A DNA stretch of 64,000 nt, taken from assembly GCA_963800775.1 (NCBI GenBank), contig CAWDCQ010000048.1, positions 7,493 to 71,492 on the forward strand, read 5' to 3'. Position numbers and translations under genes: made by a program. The first letter of the stretch is position 1. The number at the start of each line of letters is the position of its first letter. This document shows, piece by piece, positions 43,744 through 53,848 of this stretch. Under the pieces are notes generated by a model. That model made no database searches, was not told where the DNA came from, and saw only the letters and a list, made by a program, of their open reading frames with translations. The DNA comes from an uncultured Methanomassiliicoccales archaeon (GTDB lineage Archaea > Thermoplasmatota > Thermoplasmata > Methanomassiliicoccales > UBA472).

Positions 43744-44643
43744 TCAGCCGAACATCCGCATCTCGTCGATGCACAGGCAGGGGATCTTCGTGTTGTTCCA
43801 TATTTCTTCTGCAATTTTTACGTTATCCTCGATGAAATATCGTATCTGGATGTGGTTGATCGTCCTAATCTTATAAGAACCCGCTCCGTCGCGGTCCGAT
43901 TTGTCTGGCAGGTCCCACATTATCAGATTTTTATATTTGACGTCATTCTCTTTCAGCCATTTTTCGGTCTGGGGGCGATATTTTTCCAGTCTTGAGGTGA
44001 TGATGTAATCGATCTCATACTCCGGGATCAGATAGGGGCGGGCAGTGCTCAGGAACCTCAGATAGACCTCTTCATCCTTGTCGTTCGGGCATGCTTCGCA
44101 CAAGACCCCGTCCAGATCAAATCCGACCATCCCAAATTTGTAATGCATGAGATTCCATTGGAAGATCTGGATCCCATTGATGATCCCGAAATAAGTATCG
44201 ATTTCCGATTTGAGCCTGTCCGTGGCGTACAGGACTCCCTTATGCACATTAGCTTCCGGGTAAAGTTCCTTGATCCTGTCGACCGCGGCCTGGAGCGATT
44301 TCCCAGTGGAGACGCAATCCTCCACGACCAGGATGTTCTTGATGGGCTTGGGGGCAACCGACTTGCTTCGCCATATTATGTTGTCGCCGGTCGTGAGGGG
44401 TTTCCCGAGTTTGGTGGCGATCAAGGTAGCGATCATCAGTCCGCTACGGGGGACCCCCACTATCAGGTCGTATCGTGTTTCAAAGGACTTCACCCAAGCA
44501 TCAACGTCCGCTGCCATGTCCACGTTGCTGACGAAGTTGGGGTTTCTGTAGAATACTCTATCGATGGCCTTCTTTGGCAAAACCAGTTTGCCGCCACCGT
44601 TTAAAATATCAATTAATGAATTTATTTCATTTCTTATTCTCAT
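43744..44643 (-). CDS. phosphoribosyltransferase-domain / HAD-like phosphatase-domain fusion protein
   Basis: The N-terminal half has the PRTase PRPP loop ILVVEDCVSTGKSL. The C-terminal half has HAD motif I, GFDLDGVLC. Confidence 0.6.
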   Translation of the reverse strand: MRIRNEINSLIDILNGGGKLVLPKKAIDRVFYRNPNFVSNVDMAADVDAWVKSFETRYDLIVGVPRSGLMIATLIATKLGKPLTTGDNIIWRSKSVAPKPIKNILVVEDCVSTGKSLQAAVDRIKELYPEANVHKGVLYATDRLKSEIDTYFGIINGIQIFQWNLMHYKFGMVGFDLDGVLCEACPNDKDEEVYLRFLSTARPYLIPEYEIDYIITSRLEKYRPQTEKWLKENDVKYKNLIMWDLPDKSDRDGAGSYKIRTINHIQIRYFIEDNVKIAEEIWNNTKIPCLCIDEMRMFG

Positions 44644-44724
44644 GGCTAAACGACCAAATGACAGCGGTGATTGCCGAACCTAGATTATGAATTTATCTGA
44701 TTTATAGTTGTAAATAGTCCCAGT

Positions 44725-45528
44725 CTATTTCTTGGGTTCTTCCTCCGAAGATTTCTCCGGTTTTTTCTTTGCTATCCCTTTAATCTTTTGGCCTGCGGAC
44801 AACGCGCCCAGATAAATGGACTTGCTGGCCGTGTATGATTTCGAATAGCTCTTGTAATAACTGTATTTTTCAACCTGATGGCCGCCGAATCCGGCCTTGA
44901 ACTCGTTGATCCCTCTCAGCTCGTCTCCCAGCTGACCGGTGGCATAGCCTCCGAAATCATATTCCTGGATTCCTGCCTCCTTGGCGTATTTTATCAGCTC
45001 CCATATCGAGAGCCTGTTCCCCCGGCCGTAGGTGGACCGCGATATCTCGGGTTCCCAGTTCATCGTGCTGGCGGAAACGAGTTGCCTGATGTGGCTTTCG
45101 TCCTTGATGCACAGGTGCCCTCCCAGCACCTTTCCATCCTTCTCGTATGTCGCCAGGATGTAGTTCTTCTTCATCTCCTCAGGATCTACGATGAATGGGG
45201 TGAGACCTTTGCGTTTTCTGAATTCCTTGTTGATCTCATAGAACTCTGCGAACCGGTCATTGAATCGGATGACGATCCCTTCCTCGACCGCCTTGGTGAT
45301 GTGATGACGGCAGGATTTCTTCTCCATTGAACTAAAGATATCCTCCAGGCTCCTACTGAGTTCGAGCACCAGGGTGGTGGACATCTCTTTGGTGAATCCG
45401 GGCTTGTCGCCCGAGAATGAAGAGTTCTTGAATTGGATCGCGTCCGCATCCTCTACATCGTATACATCATCGCTAAACCAGATCTCCCTAATTGAGAACG
45501 GTCCCATTTTTCGATTGAATTCAATCAT
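44725..45528 (-). CDS. FemAB-like (GNAT-fold) aminoacyl/peptidyl transferase family protein
   Basis: GNRLSIWELIKYAKEAGIQEYDFGG...GINEFKAGFGG matches the C-terminal signature I associate with FemA/FemB/FemX-type enzymes. The tail is Lys-rich. Confidence 0.55.
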   Translation of the reverse strand: MIEFNRKMGPFSIREIWFSDDVYDVEDADAIQFKNSSFSGDKPGFTKEMSTTLVLELSRSLEDIFSSMEKKSCRHHITKAVEEGIVIRFNDRFAEFYEINKEFRKRKGLTPFIVDPEEMKKNYILATYEKDGKVLGGHLCIKDESHIRQLVSASTMNWEPEISRSTYGRGNRLSIWELIKYAKEAGIQEYDFGGYATGQLGDELRGINEFKAGFGGHQVEKYSYYKSYSKSYTASKSIYLGALSAGQKIKGIAKKKPEKSSEEEPKK

Positions 45529-45843
45529 CTTAACAAACCTGCCTCAAATCTATCTAGTCCGCTGAGCCCCAAATTAACTTTCATTATTTCCACTTTGCTT
45601 TGTTGGGTAAACAAGTACGAATGAAAATAGGAGACTCTCTCTAATAATATAGTTTTTGAACCTTCCAGAATTATAATCATAATTTAAAATCAATATATAT
45701 CAGAAACGTTGTTATAATGGTTCAGAAATAGAGTCCTAACCTAAAAGCAATGATGGATCGGCTGAACAACATCCGGCCGATCTTCACTGGACACATAGTT
45801 CGGACATAGGCGGATATTTATCAAATTGGCTCTGGACATCACC

Positions 45844-46905
45844 ATGCGCGTCGCAATAGTAACGTTCAACAAGACCGGAGGGCTCAATCATTACATCGCA
45901 TGTTTGGCGAATGAACTGAGCAAGATATGCGAATTACGATTGTTCGTACCGATAGGATTCGACCGCGGTTGGATCGAAAAAGTGGACATCCAAGAGCTGC
46001 CGATCCCGACCAGTGTTGGGGAAATGAAAGGATTGGCACTGCACCCGGAGCGATTCCTGAACATGTTCGAGGCGATCAGGGATTTCAGGCCTGACATCAT
46101 TCACGTGAACGAAAGGGATTTCGGGTTCTTCCCGGTACTGGCGTTGTTCGACAGCCGGAAGATAGTGCTCACCATTCACGACCCGGTGCCTCACATCGGC
46201 TCAAAGTCATGGTACTCCATGATCGAGACCCCGGCCTTCCTTTACAAGGCTCCCAACATCATCGTTCATGGAGAAAAGTTCAGAGGATACTTCCCGGATA
46301 AACGCGTGTTCGTGATCCCCCACGGCGAGTACGGACGTTTCAAGTCGACCGCGGAAGGGGTAGCCGAAGAGGCGGACACGGTCCTGTTCTTCGGCAGGAT
46401 CAACAAATACAAAGGGATCGAGGTTCTGATCAAGGCGATGGACGGGGTCTGGAAGGCCCGCCCGCAGACCAAGCTGATCATCGCCGGCGAAGGGGACCTG
46501 AAGGCCCTGGGCATCGAGGTCGATGGATTGAAAGGGATCGAGATACTCAACAATTACATCCCGAACGAAGAGGTCTCAAAACTGTTCCAGCGGGCCGCCA
46601 TCGTGGTCCTTCCATACATCGAAGGGTCGCAGAGCGGAGTATTGGCCACCGCACTGGCGCTCGGAAAACCAACAATAGCTACGAAGGTGGGGTGTTTCGA
46701 GGAGACCATAGAAAGCGGCAAGAACGGGTTACTGGTGAATCCAGGAGAATCCGAAGGCCTGAAGGACGCAATACTGGAATTGCTGGAAAATAAGAGCCTC
46801 AGAGAGGAGCTGGGCAGAAATGCCAAGCAATACTCCGACCAATTCCTTCAATGGGCCCCCATCGCCAAGTCGACATTGGAAGCATACAAAAAGATGCTCG
46901 AATGA
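45844..46905 (+). CDS. GT4-family glycosyltransferase
   Basis: MRVAIVTFNKTGG and LPYIEGSQSGVLATALALGKPTIATKVGCFEETIESGKNGLLV. ATG 45844 is preferred to TTG 45826. Confidence 0.8.
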   Translation: MRVAIVTFNKTGGLNHYIACLANELSKICELRLFVPIGFDRGWIEKVDIQELPIPTSVGEMKGLALHPERFLNMFEAIRDFRPDIIHVNERDFGFFPVLALFDSRKIVLTIHDPVPHIGSKSWYSMIETPAFLYKAPNIIVHGEKFRGYFPDKRVFVIPHGEYGRFKSTAEGVAEEADTVLFFGRINKYKGIEVLIKAMDGVWKARPQTKLIIAGEGDLKALGIEVDGLKGIEILNNYIPNEEVSKLFQRAAIVVLPYIEGSQSGVLATALALGKPTIATKVGCFEETIESGKNGLLVNPGESEGLKDAILELLENKSLREELGRNAKQYSDQFLQWAPIAKSTLEAYKKMLE

Positions 46906-47116
46906 GTCACTTGCCAGTCGGGGCGATCCATTTCGGCAGTGCGGCCACCGAAAGAACGTTTCGGAACGCACAGCTCACCCATTCACTGGTCCGAAGGAGC
47001 TTGCGCTTTCCGAGGGAATCGAAGACCCTGCAAAAGAGCTGACCCGTGGACCCGGTGCCGGCGGGAGATGTTTTCAAGAAGTTTATGTATCCAAAGGCAA
47101 TGACCGGCCTAGTTAC

Positions 47117-47851
47117 ATGTCAATTCAATCCAAACAAGATTATCTGTTCTATCTAGAAGCCGATGAGATTGCCTTGAAGATCCCTGATGACAAGAGGGGG
47201 CGATTAAGGGCCAGAATATTCAACCAGATATGGAAGTATGAGCGCATCCTTCGCAGAGCTGAATATTTCGCGAATTGCCGCCGGGGGAAGATCTGGCTGC
47301 CGCTCGTTTTCCTTACTCAGTATCGCCTCAGCCGTTATGGGTTCAAGCTCGGCTTCGAGATTCCAGTCAACGCATTCGGCGCCGGGCTCTCGATCGCGCA
47401 TCACGGAATGATCACGGTAAACGGAAACGTTAAGGTGGGGGAGAACTGCCGCCTGCATAACGGGGTCACCATAGGTACCGAGGCAGGCTACTCCGACAGG
47501 TGTCCCACCATCGGCGACAACGTGTTCATCGCTCCGGGTTCCCAGATTTTCGGGTCGATCACCATTGCGGACGGGATCGCTATCGGAGCGAACTCGGTGG
47601 TGAACAAGTCCTTCATAGAAGAGGGCATAACCATCGCCGGCGCGCCGGCCAGGAAGATCTCCGAGAAAGGGTCCAAGAAGATCTTCATCCGTTCCACCGA
47701 AATCCTGAGGAACAGGGAGGCCAAACAAAATCAGTACCGGCCCGCCGGCCCTGAAGAGCTCAGACAAAGGGTCCAGGACGACCTTCATCCGTTCCACCGA
47801 AATCCTGAGGAACAGAAAAGCCAAACCAAGCAACGAACGGAACACCAATAG
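47117..47851 (+). CDS. hexapeptide-repeat (left-handed beta-helix) O-acetyltransferase, serine-acetyltransferase-like, with aberrant duplicated tail
   Basis: VGENCRLHNGVTIG, IGDNVFIAPGSQIFGSITIADGIAIGANSVV. The start is ATG 47117; the ORF-track start 46820 is read-through from the upstream gene. Confidence 0.75.
   Translation: MSIQSKQDYLFYLEADEIALKIPDDKRGRLRARIFNQIWKYERILRRAEYFANCRRGKIWLPLVFLTQYRLSRYGFKLGFEIPVNAFGAGLSIAHHGMITVNGNVKVGENCRLHNGVTIGTEAGYSDRCPTIGDNVFIAPGSQIFGSITIADGIAIGANSVVNKSFIEEGITIAGAPARKISEKGSKKIFIRSTEILRNREAKQNQYRPAGPEELRQRVQDDLHPFHRNPEEQKSQTKQRTEHQ
47666..47833. repeat. direct repeat of about 68 bp, copies offset by exactly 100 bp
   Basis: Copy 47666-47733 versus 47766-47833. 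AAAGGGTCCA and a 32-bp block TTCATCCGTTCCACCGAAATCCTGAGGAACAG are identical, and the flanks are diverged. Confidence 0.85.
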
Positions 47852-48098
47852 CGCGATCGACCGGATCCTCCTACGTCAGGCGTCGCCGAACTTTCGGCGG
47901 GGAGCAACGATTCATCGCTGTTCTGCGGGTCATATCCCATGTCGATGAGGCCTGCGAATACCGGATCCGCATGTATCTGGCTCCTTATTAGCGATCGTAG
48001 AGACCGGGCCATCCCGACCCGGATTTCCTTCTCAAATATTCCGGTAGCGATGTTCTCTGCACATCTAATAAATAACATTACGGACTATTGCGTCGAAA

Positions 48099-49211
48099 AT
48101 GAGGGTCCTGCGAGTAGCTAGCGATATTTACCCAGACACCCCGGGCGGGCTCGGAATCCATGTCCACCAGATGTCTAAACTCCAGGTCCTGATGGGTTGT
48201 GACGTCACAGTGGTCACCTCGAGCACCCCTTCGAACCGGAAAGAGTTCGAGGAACGGGACGGGTATAAGATAGTCCGGCTCAAGACCCCGTTCCGGATGA
48301 TGGGAAATTCATTCCAGGTCGGATTGTTGACCTACATTCTCCAGAACCGTTCCAAGTTCGACGTGATCCACGCCCACTCCCATCTGTTCTTCTCCACCAA
48401 CGTCGCCGCCCTCCTCCGTAAGACCGGAGGGCCGCCCCTGGTCATAACGAACCATGGCGTCATTTCGACCAGCGCGCCCCTGGCATTCCAGGAGCTCTAC
48501 TTTCCGGCGGTAGGTAGTCCGACCCTCAGGGCAGCCGATGCGGTACTTTGCTACACCGAGGCCGACAAGGAAAAGATCATCGAGCTCGGGGTCCGCGAAG
48601 ACCATATCCGGGTGATCCACAACGGCATAGACTCGGCCCTTTTCGTGCCCGGTTCGATCAAGACCGACCCTCCCCAGATCCTATGGATCGGAAGGATGGT
48701 CAAAGGGAAGGGGCTGGAGTTCCTGATCGAGGCGCTCAAGATCCTCAAGGACCAGGAGATAGCCTTCAAGGTGGTACTCGTGGGCAAGGGCCCTGATTCG
48801 GAAAAGGTGGAGCAGATGCTGCTGCATTACGGCCTCACAGATCAGGTGCGCATCATAAAGAACGTCGATCAGGAGACAGCTGTGAAGCTCTACCAGGAAT
48901 CGACGGTCTTCGCCCTTCCGAGCATATCGGAAGGTATGCCCCGCACTCTGTTGGAATCGATGAGCTGCGGCACCCCGTTCGTGTGCACGGACCTCCCCCA
49001 GCTGGTAGACCTGGCGGTGGGGTGCGGGACCACCGCCGGTTATGGGGATGTCGAGGAGATCGCCTCCGGCCTGGAGATCTACCTGACCAACAAGGATGCG
49101 GTGCAGGCCCACGGCCGGAACGGGCGTCAGAAGGTCCTTGACCATTATTCCTGGAACGAAACCGTCGCCCAGACGGTCGAAGTATACCGTGAACTTGCCA
49201 AGGGCAGATGA
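48099..49211 (+). CDS. GT4-family glycosyltransferase
   Basis: MRVLRVASDIYPDTPGGLGIHV and LPSISEGMPRTLLESMSCGTPFVCTD. Confidence 0.85.
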   Translation: MRVLRVASDIYPDTPGGLGIHVHQMSKLQVLMGCDVTVVTSSTPSNRKEFEERDGYKIVRLKTPFRMMGNSFQVGLLTYILQNRSKFDVIHAHSHLFFSTNVAALLRKTGGPPLVITNHGVISTSAPLAFQELYFPAVGSPTLRAADAVLCYTEADKEKIIELGVREDHIRVIHNGIDSALFVPGSIKTDPPQILWIGRMVKGKGLEFLIEALKILKDQEIAFKVVLVGKGPDSEKVEQMLLHYGLTDQVRIIKNVDQETAVKLYQESTVFALPSISEGMPRTLLESMSCGTPFVCTDLPQLVDLAVGCGTTAGYGDVEEIASGLEIYLTNKDAVQAHGRNGRQKVLDHYSWNETVAQTVEVYRELAKGR

Positions 49212-49226
49212 CCAGTACTATCTCCT

Positions 49227-49814
49227 TCACTTCTCCTTCGGCACACCTCTCTTGGCCAGGGCCAGGTCATAACCTTTGATGATCTTCGAATCTGGGAACT
49301 TATTGCTTATGACCCTCGCCGGAACGCCTGCGAGAGTCACACCGTCTTCTTTGAACTCGCCGTGCACGACGGCATTGGCGCCTATGGCCACATTGTTCCC
49401 GACGACCGCATCGTTGAGTATCTTGGCGCCCGGTGCGATGTAGGTGTTGTTCCCTATCTTCGCCCCGGAAGCCACGTTGACGCCGTTGTGGATCCTACAG
49501 TTGCATCCTATGGTGGCGGTACCATTGATGAATATGCCCGTTCCATGCATGAGGGCCAGGCCCGGTCCGACCGAGTTCAGCGGGAAACCGAGCCGCATCT
49601 TGTCAGAAATGCGTATCAACAGGAATTTCTGGAGCATGGCATAGGACCGGGAGATCACATTGTGGCTGCAATTGGTATAATATTCTGCCTTCCTCAATCT
49701 CCGTATGAATTTCCATTCAAGCGGCACTGGAAATGGGATCTTGTCATTTTCGTAGCCTTGGGCAAACCGGTCGGAGGCTAGGTATAATGCGAGGTCTTCC
49801 CGCGATCGGATCAT
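49227..49814 (-). CDS. hexapeptide-repeat O-acetyltransferase (paralogue of 47117..47851)
   Basis: IGCNCRIHNGVNVASGAKIGNNTYIAPGAKILNDAVVGNNVAIGANAVV. The start MIRSREDLALYL (49814) aligns with the paralogue; the ORF track extends to 49919. Confidence 0.75.
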   Translation of the reverse strand: MIRSREDLALYLASDRFAQGYENDKIPFPVPLEWKFIRRLRKAEYYTNCSHNVISRSYAMLQKFLLIRISDKMRLGFPLNSVGPGLALMHGTGIFINGTATIGCNCRIHNGVNVASGAKIGNNTYIAPGAKILNDAVVGNNVAIGANAVVHGEFKEDGVTLAGVPARVISNKFPDSKIIKGYDLALAKRGVPKEK

Positions 49815-50150
49815 GAAAATTGGAAAGGCGACACCGGATATACCATTTGCGATTTCTTCTCTCGCTGGTTTCGACCTAGCCAGGCAAGGATAATCCATCA
49901 AAAGAGGGATCTTATTCAAGACATCCCGATGAAATAACGACCGTTCTCAGACCTATCTAACCTGCGGATCATAAGAACCGATCTTCACCACCAAACTGTC
50001 CATCCGCCGGTCAAAGCAAACAAATGGTTCTGTGGAAGATTATCATGACAAGATCGGGGGTCTGTAGGGAAACTCCCCTAGCATTTCTAGAATACCATAT
50101 TCGAGCTAGGGGCATCGTGTTTAAATGTTGCCATACATTCCGTTGTCATC

Positions 50151-51227
50151 ATGCGGCTCCTAATCGTGACGTCAGAATATGTGAATCTCAGCGCCGATCA
50201 CAAGCGGGGTTCCGGGATCGCCCGGGTGGTCTACGAGGCGGCCGAGGAGCTCAAGAAGAGGGGCGTGGATGTGGAGATATGTTCTCCGGAAGGGCCGCAG
50301 ATCGTCGTCCCCACGACGGGCATGCCGGGAAGGATCGGATTGCTCTTCTTCTGGCAAAAGGCCCTCAAGAAACTGGAATCGGTGGATGCAAACTATGACG
50401 CCATCTGGCTGCACAACCCGATCCTCCTCACCAGATACTCCACCAAGAAGCCCATGGTCGCCACCGTCCACTCCACTTCGCTGGGCAAGGCCAGGCAGTT
50501 CCGTTCACTCTTTTTCACCGGATACGTTTTCATCACCTCGGTGCTGGAGGTCTGGTCGAACAGGGCGATCAGCAGGTCTGGTTTCCAGGTGACATGCGTC
50601 TCAAACAGCGTGTGCAACGAGCTCATAAACATCGGGCCGGAAAAGAAGAGGATCGTCAGGAACGGGTCCATCTTCCCGCTCGTCTCCAAGGCGGTACCGC
50701 GGGAGGCCGCTCCCAGGAAGACCACCAATTTCCTGTACGTCGGGAGACTGGACAAGATAAAGAATCCAAGACGGATAATTAGGCTCTACGAATCGATAAA
50801 GAAGGAAGTAGATGGGTGTTCGTTGGTCATCATCGGCGACGGGCCGGAGTATTCCAGTCTGAAGGCCGAGAACGAGGACAGCACGATCACCTTCAAAGGT
50901 TTCCTGGAGCACGATGCCATCCTGCCGTACTACGACGACTCCGACTATTTCTTCATGGCATCGATCTACGAGGGTTGCCCGCTGACGCTCCTGGATGCTG
51001 TCAACAGGGGGCTCAGGTGCATTGTACCCGACATACCTTCACTGTCCTTCATAGAGGAGATGGAGCTGGGCAAGTGCTATGATAACAACAACGATCATCT
51101 GGCATCTAAGCAATTGATCGAATACGTCAAGCTTAATTCCGGTAAGCCGCGCGAGAACCGTGTAGACTTCACCTGGAGGCCGGCCATCGACAGCTACATG
51201 GTGCTGTTCAATGGGGATAAAGGCTGA
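50151..51227 (+). CDS. GT4-family glycosyltransferase
   Basis: MRLLIVTSEY and MASIYEGCPLTLLDAVNRGLRCIVPDIPSL. Confidence 0.8.
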   Translation: MRLLIVTSEYVNLSADHKRGSGIARVVYEAAEELKKRGVDVEICSPEGPQIVVPTTGMPGRIGLLFFWQKALKKLESVDANYDAIWLHNPILLTRYSTKKPMVATVHSTSLGKARQFRSLFFTGYVFITSVLEVWSNRAISRSGFQVTCVSNSVCNELINIGPEKKRIVRNGSIFPLVSKAVPREAAPRKTTNFLYVGRLDKIKNPRRIIRLYESIKKEVDGCSLVIIGDGPEYSSLKAENEDSTITFKGFLEHDAILPYYDDSDYFFMASIYEGCPLTLLDAVNRGLRCIVPDIPSLSFIEEMELGKCYDNNNDHLASKQLIEYVKLNSGKPRENRVDFTWRPAIDSYMVLFNGDKG

Positions 51228-51507
51228 TCTTCGCCGCCGGGGCATCGTCGCCACCGTAACCGCCCAACACGCCCGGACGATCTCGGGTCTGCCTTAAGCA
51301 TCCTCGATGATTCTGCAAGAATCGGCATTCTTACGATGATCCTCGGGCATTACCCCACTGTTGACGTTCATAACGCATCGGTCCACAGGCCGTACCATAC
51401 ATATTCCAACACGGGGATCGATTGAATGGACATCATCCCGCCCGGGGAATATCGGATAATTGATTCGGTGGAATTCTCTTTATGCTTGATTCATCATTCG
51501 AGCTCGA

Positions 51508-53541
51508 ATGCAGCTTAGAAAATACTCAAGTCAATACCTGATCGACGCCATTTTGTATTTCGCATTTATAGTATCAATACTGGCGCAGGAGTATTTTCAA
51601 TTCCAAAACGTCTTCGTTTCAGCTTTCGAGATCGGATTCATCTTCGTCTATCCGGCCAAATACATCCTGGCACTGGTGAATCTAAAGACGAAATCATTCG
51701 CCATCCTGGCGATCCTGTGCGTTGCCGCAGGCTTGGCTACGATCGAGTTCCTGGGGATGACCATAGCCTTGGTAGGGGGCATGTTCAATATCGCCCTCTT
51801 CACCAGAGAGTCGGTGCTCCTGGTGGTGACAGTGACCGTGTTCCTGTTCATGATTGTTTCAAGGGACATCAAGATCCCATCGGTCAAGGTCGATCAGCCC
51901 CATTACCTCTACTTCTCCATCCTGATGGTCGTGGTGGCCAGCTTTGGATCGATCTTGATGAACCAGTACCAGAACAACATAGTCAATCTGCTATTCTGGG
52001 GGCTGGTGCTGATCGCCTCATCGGTGCTGGTGCTGGAAAAGGGTCTGACCCTTCAATCTAAGATGGTCCTGATCTTCGGCATATCCCTTTCCTGCCTGCT
52101 GAATGTCACCCTGATCTCAAATTTCCTGACCGGCTGGGACATATTCTATGAATATTCCGTCGGGAACATGACCATCGCCACCGGGGTCTGGAACATCGAT
52201 CTCGGCTCCAACGTCAACGCCATGCTGAGCATTGCGGTCCTGGCACCGGCAATATCCTGGATCGGCAACATAGACCTTCTGTGGGTGCTAAAGCTGGTCT
52301 ACCCGGTCATCTACGCCCTGGTACCCATTGGTGTCTTCGTCTTCGCATCGAGGATGACCAACCAGACCGCAGGTGTGATCGGGGCGCTGCTCTTCATCCT
52401 TATCCAAGGGTTCCTTTTCGAGATGCCATCGATCGCACGTCAGGAGATCGCCGAGCTGTTCCTGATAACGATCCTCATAGTGGCGATGTTGGACGATTTC
52501 TCCAATTATCAGAAGGCCTCGCTGGGCATCCTGTTCGGATTCGGGCTGATAACCTCTCACTATGCCACGACTCTGTTGTTCATCGGCCTCCTGACGCTCT
52601 ACTACGTGGTCCGGCTCGTGTTCAGGGCCAAGGACAAGCCTATCTTCAGCGGATGGCACTTCCTGACCCTAATAGTCATGGAGCTCACCTGGCTCCTGTA
52701 TATAGGTAGCAAGGGCGTTCTAGGCTCGGTCCTCGAGGTCGTCGACAGCATCTACAGTGCGGTAGCGAACGAATTCTCCATAACCAGCAATGTCGTGGCT
52801 GACCGGGTGAGCGCCCCGGCCTCATTGCTGCATCAGGCGGGAAAGGGCATATTCATCCTGGTGATAGGGATCGTGGCCCTCGGCATCCTCGTCAGATTGT
52901 ACAAGAAGAGAAAGGGCATCGACAGCTATACCGCCCTCATGGTGTCGTTCGGGGTGTTGATGGTGATCGCTCTGACCGCCTCGAACTTTCTGGTCCTCTT
53001 CAGCGACATAAGGATGATCAGCCTGCTCCTAATCGTGCTAGGGGTGATGTTCTACTACGGCCTCAGCTGGATCCTAAGCCTTCCGTTGTTGAGGACCCAA
53101 AAGAGCAAGGTCCTCTACATAGCCGCGGCTCTCATTGCGGTGTACATCATCTTCAATTCGGGTTTGGTGTACCAGATCGCCAACGACGGACCTACATCCA
53201 TCGCATTGGACAGCACCCTCCTGTTCCCGGAGTTCTCGAACTCGGAGATCAAGCAGGCAATGTGGGTCCAGGACAACCTGGGGACGGGCCAGATGATAAC
53301 TGCCGACCAGATGGGCAGGAACGTGGTGGGTGGGTTTGGGTGGTTCACCGTCGATCGTGATAACAAGAACATCACTCACGTCGATAACGGGGAATTGATC
53401 TATCTTACCAATCTCAATGTCGAACAGTTGAATTTTGTCAATCCGACGACTGGAACTGTAAGTCCACTATCTTTGGATTCGATCTGGAAAAATCCGATCG
53501 TGTATTGTACTGAGAACTCCAAGGCGATGTACGTCTACTAG
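51508..53541 (+). CDS. large polytopic membrane protein with C-terminal soluble domain, candidate glycan polymerase/ligase-like (DUF2206-like)
   Basis: 677 aa with 14 or more hydrophobic segments and then a ~130-aa hydrophilic C-terminus. Its position is inside the glycan cluster. The family name is from memory only. Confidence 0.5.
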   Translation: MQLRKYSSQYLIDAILYFAFIVSILAQEYFQFQNVFVSAFEIGFIFVYPAKYILALVNLKTKSFAILAILCVAAGLATIEFLGMTIALVGGMFNIALFTRESVLLVVTVTVFLFMIVSRDIKIPSVKVDQPHYLYFSILMVVVASFGSILMNQYQNNIVNLLFWGLVLIASSVLVLEKGLTLQSKMVLIFGISLSCLLNVTLISNFLTGWDIFYEYSVGNMTIATGVWNIDLGSNVNAMLSIAVLAPAISWIGNIDLLWVLKLVYPVIYALVPIGVFVFASRMTNQTAGVIGALLFILIQGFLFEMPSIARQEIAELFLITILIVAMLDDFSNYQKASLGILFGFGLITSHYATTLLFIGLLTLYYVVRLVFRAKDKPIFSGWHFLTLIVMELTWLLYIGSKGVLGSVLEVVDSIYSAVANEFSITSNVVADRVSAPASLLHQAGKGIFILVIGIVALGILVRLYKKRKGIDSYTALMVSFGVLMVIALTASNFLVLFSDIRMISLLLIVLGVMFYYGLSWILSLPLLRTQKSKVLYIAAALIAVYIIFNSGLVYQIANDGPTSIALDSTLLFPEFSNSEIKQAMWVQDNLGTGQMITADQMGRNVVGGFGWFTVDRDNKNITHVDNGELIYLTNLNVEQLNFVNPTTGTVSPLSLDSIWKNPIVYCTENSKAMYVY

Positions 53542-53848
53542 GTCTAATGGTCTAGAACAACATAGCACGGTCTCCTGCTTTGACCGTTTGCGCTAGGTCC
53601 AGAGCAGACCAAATGCTCTCAGGGTCCGTTTAGTTCCTGGGCATCTTTCAGACGAATCAGAGTCATCACGAGAACGATGAGACGATGTCAGCAAAATTGC
53701 ACCAGTGGACGACTGGGATATGCCTTCATTGCCCGTACCCAGACTGGCCATGGACCGAGTTGGGACAACCTTGACAATTTATATATAGACATCCTCCTTT
53801 TTCAGGCTCACGAAAATACTGGAACATCGGGATTGGGACCTTTGGTCC

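Noticed and set aside
46820-47116. N-terminal 99 codons of ORF 46820..47851, overlapping the end of the GT4 gene.
   Set aside because: This part has no acetyltransferase similarity. The paralogue alignment starts at MSIQSKQDYLFYL (ATG 47117), so the upstream part is fortuitously open.
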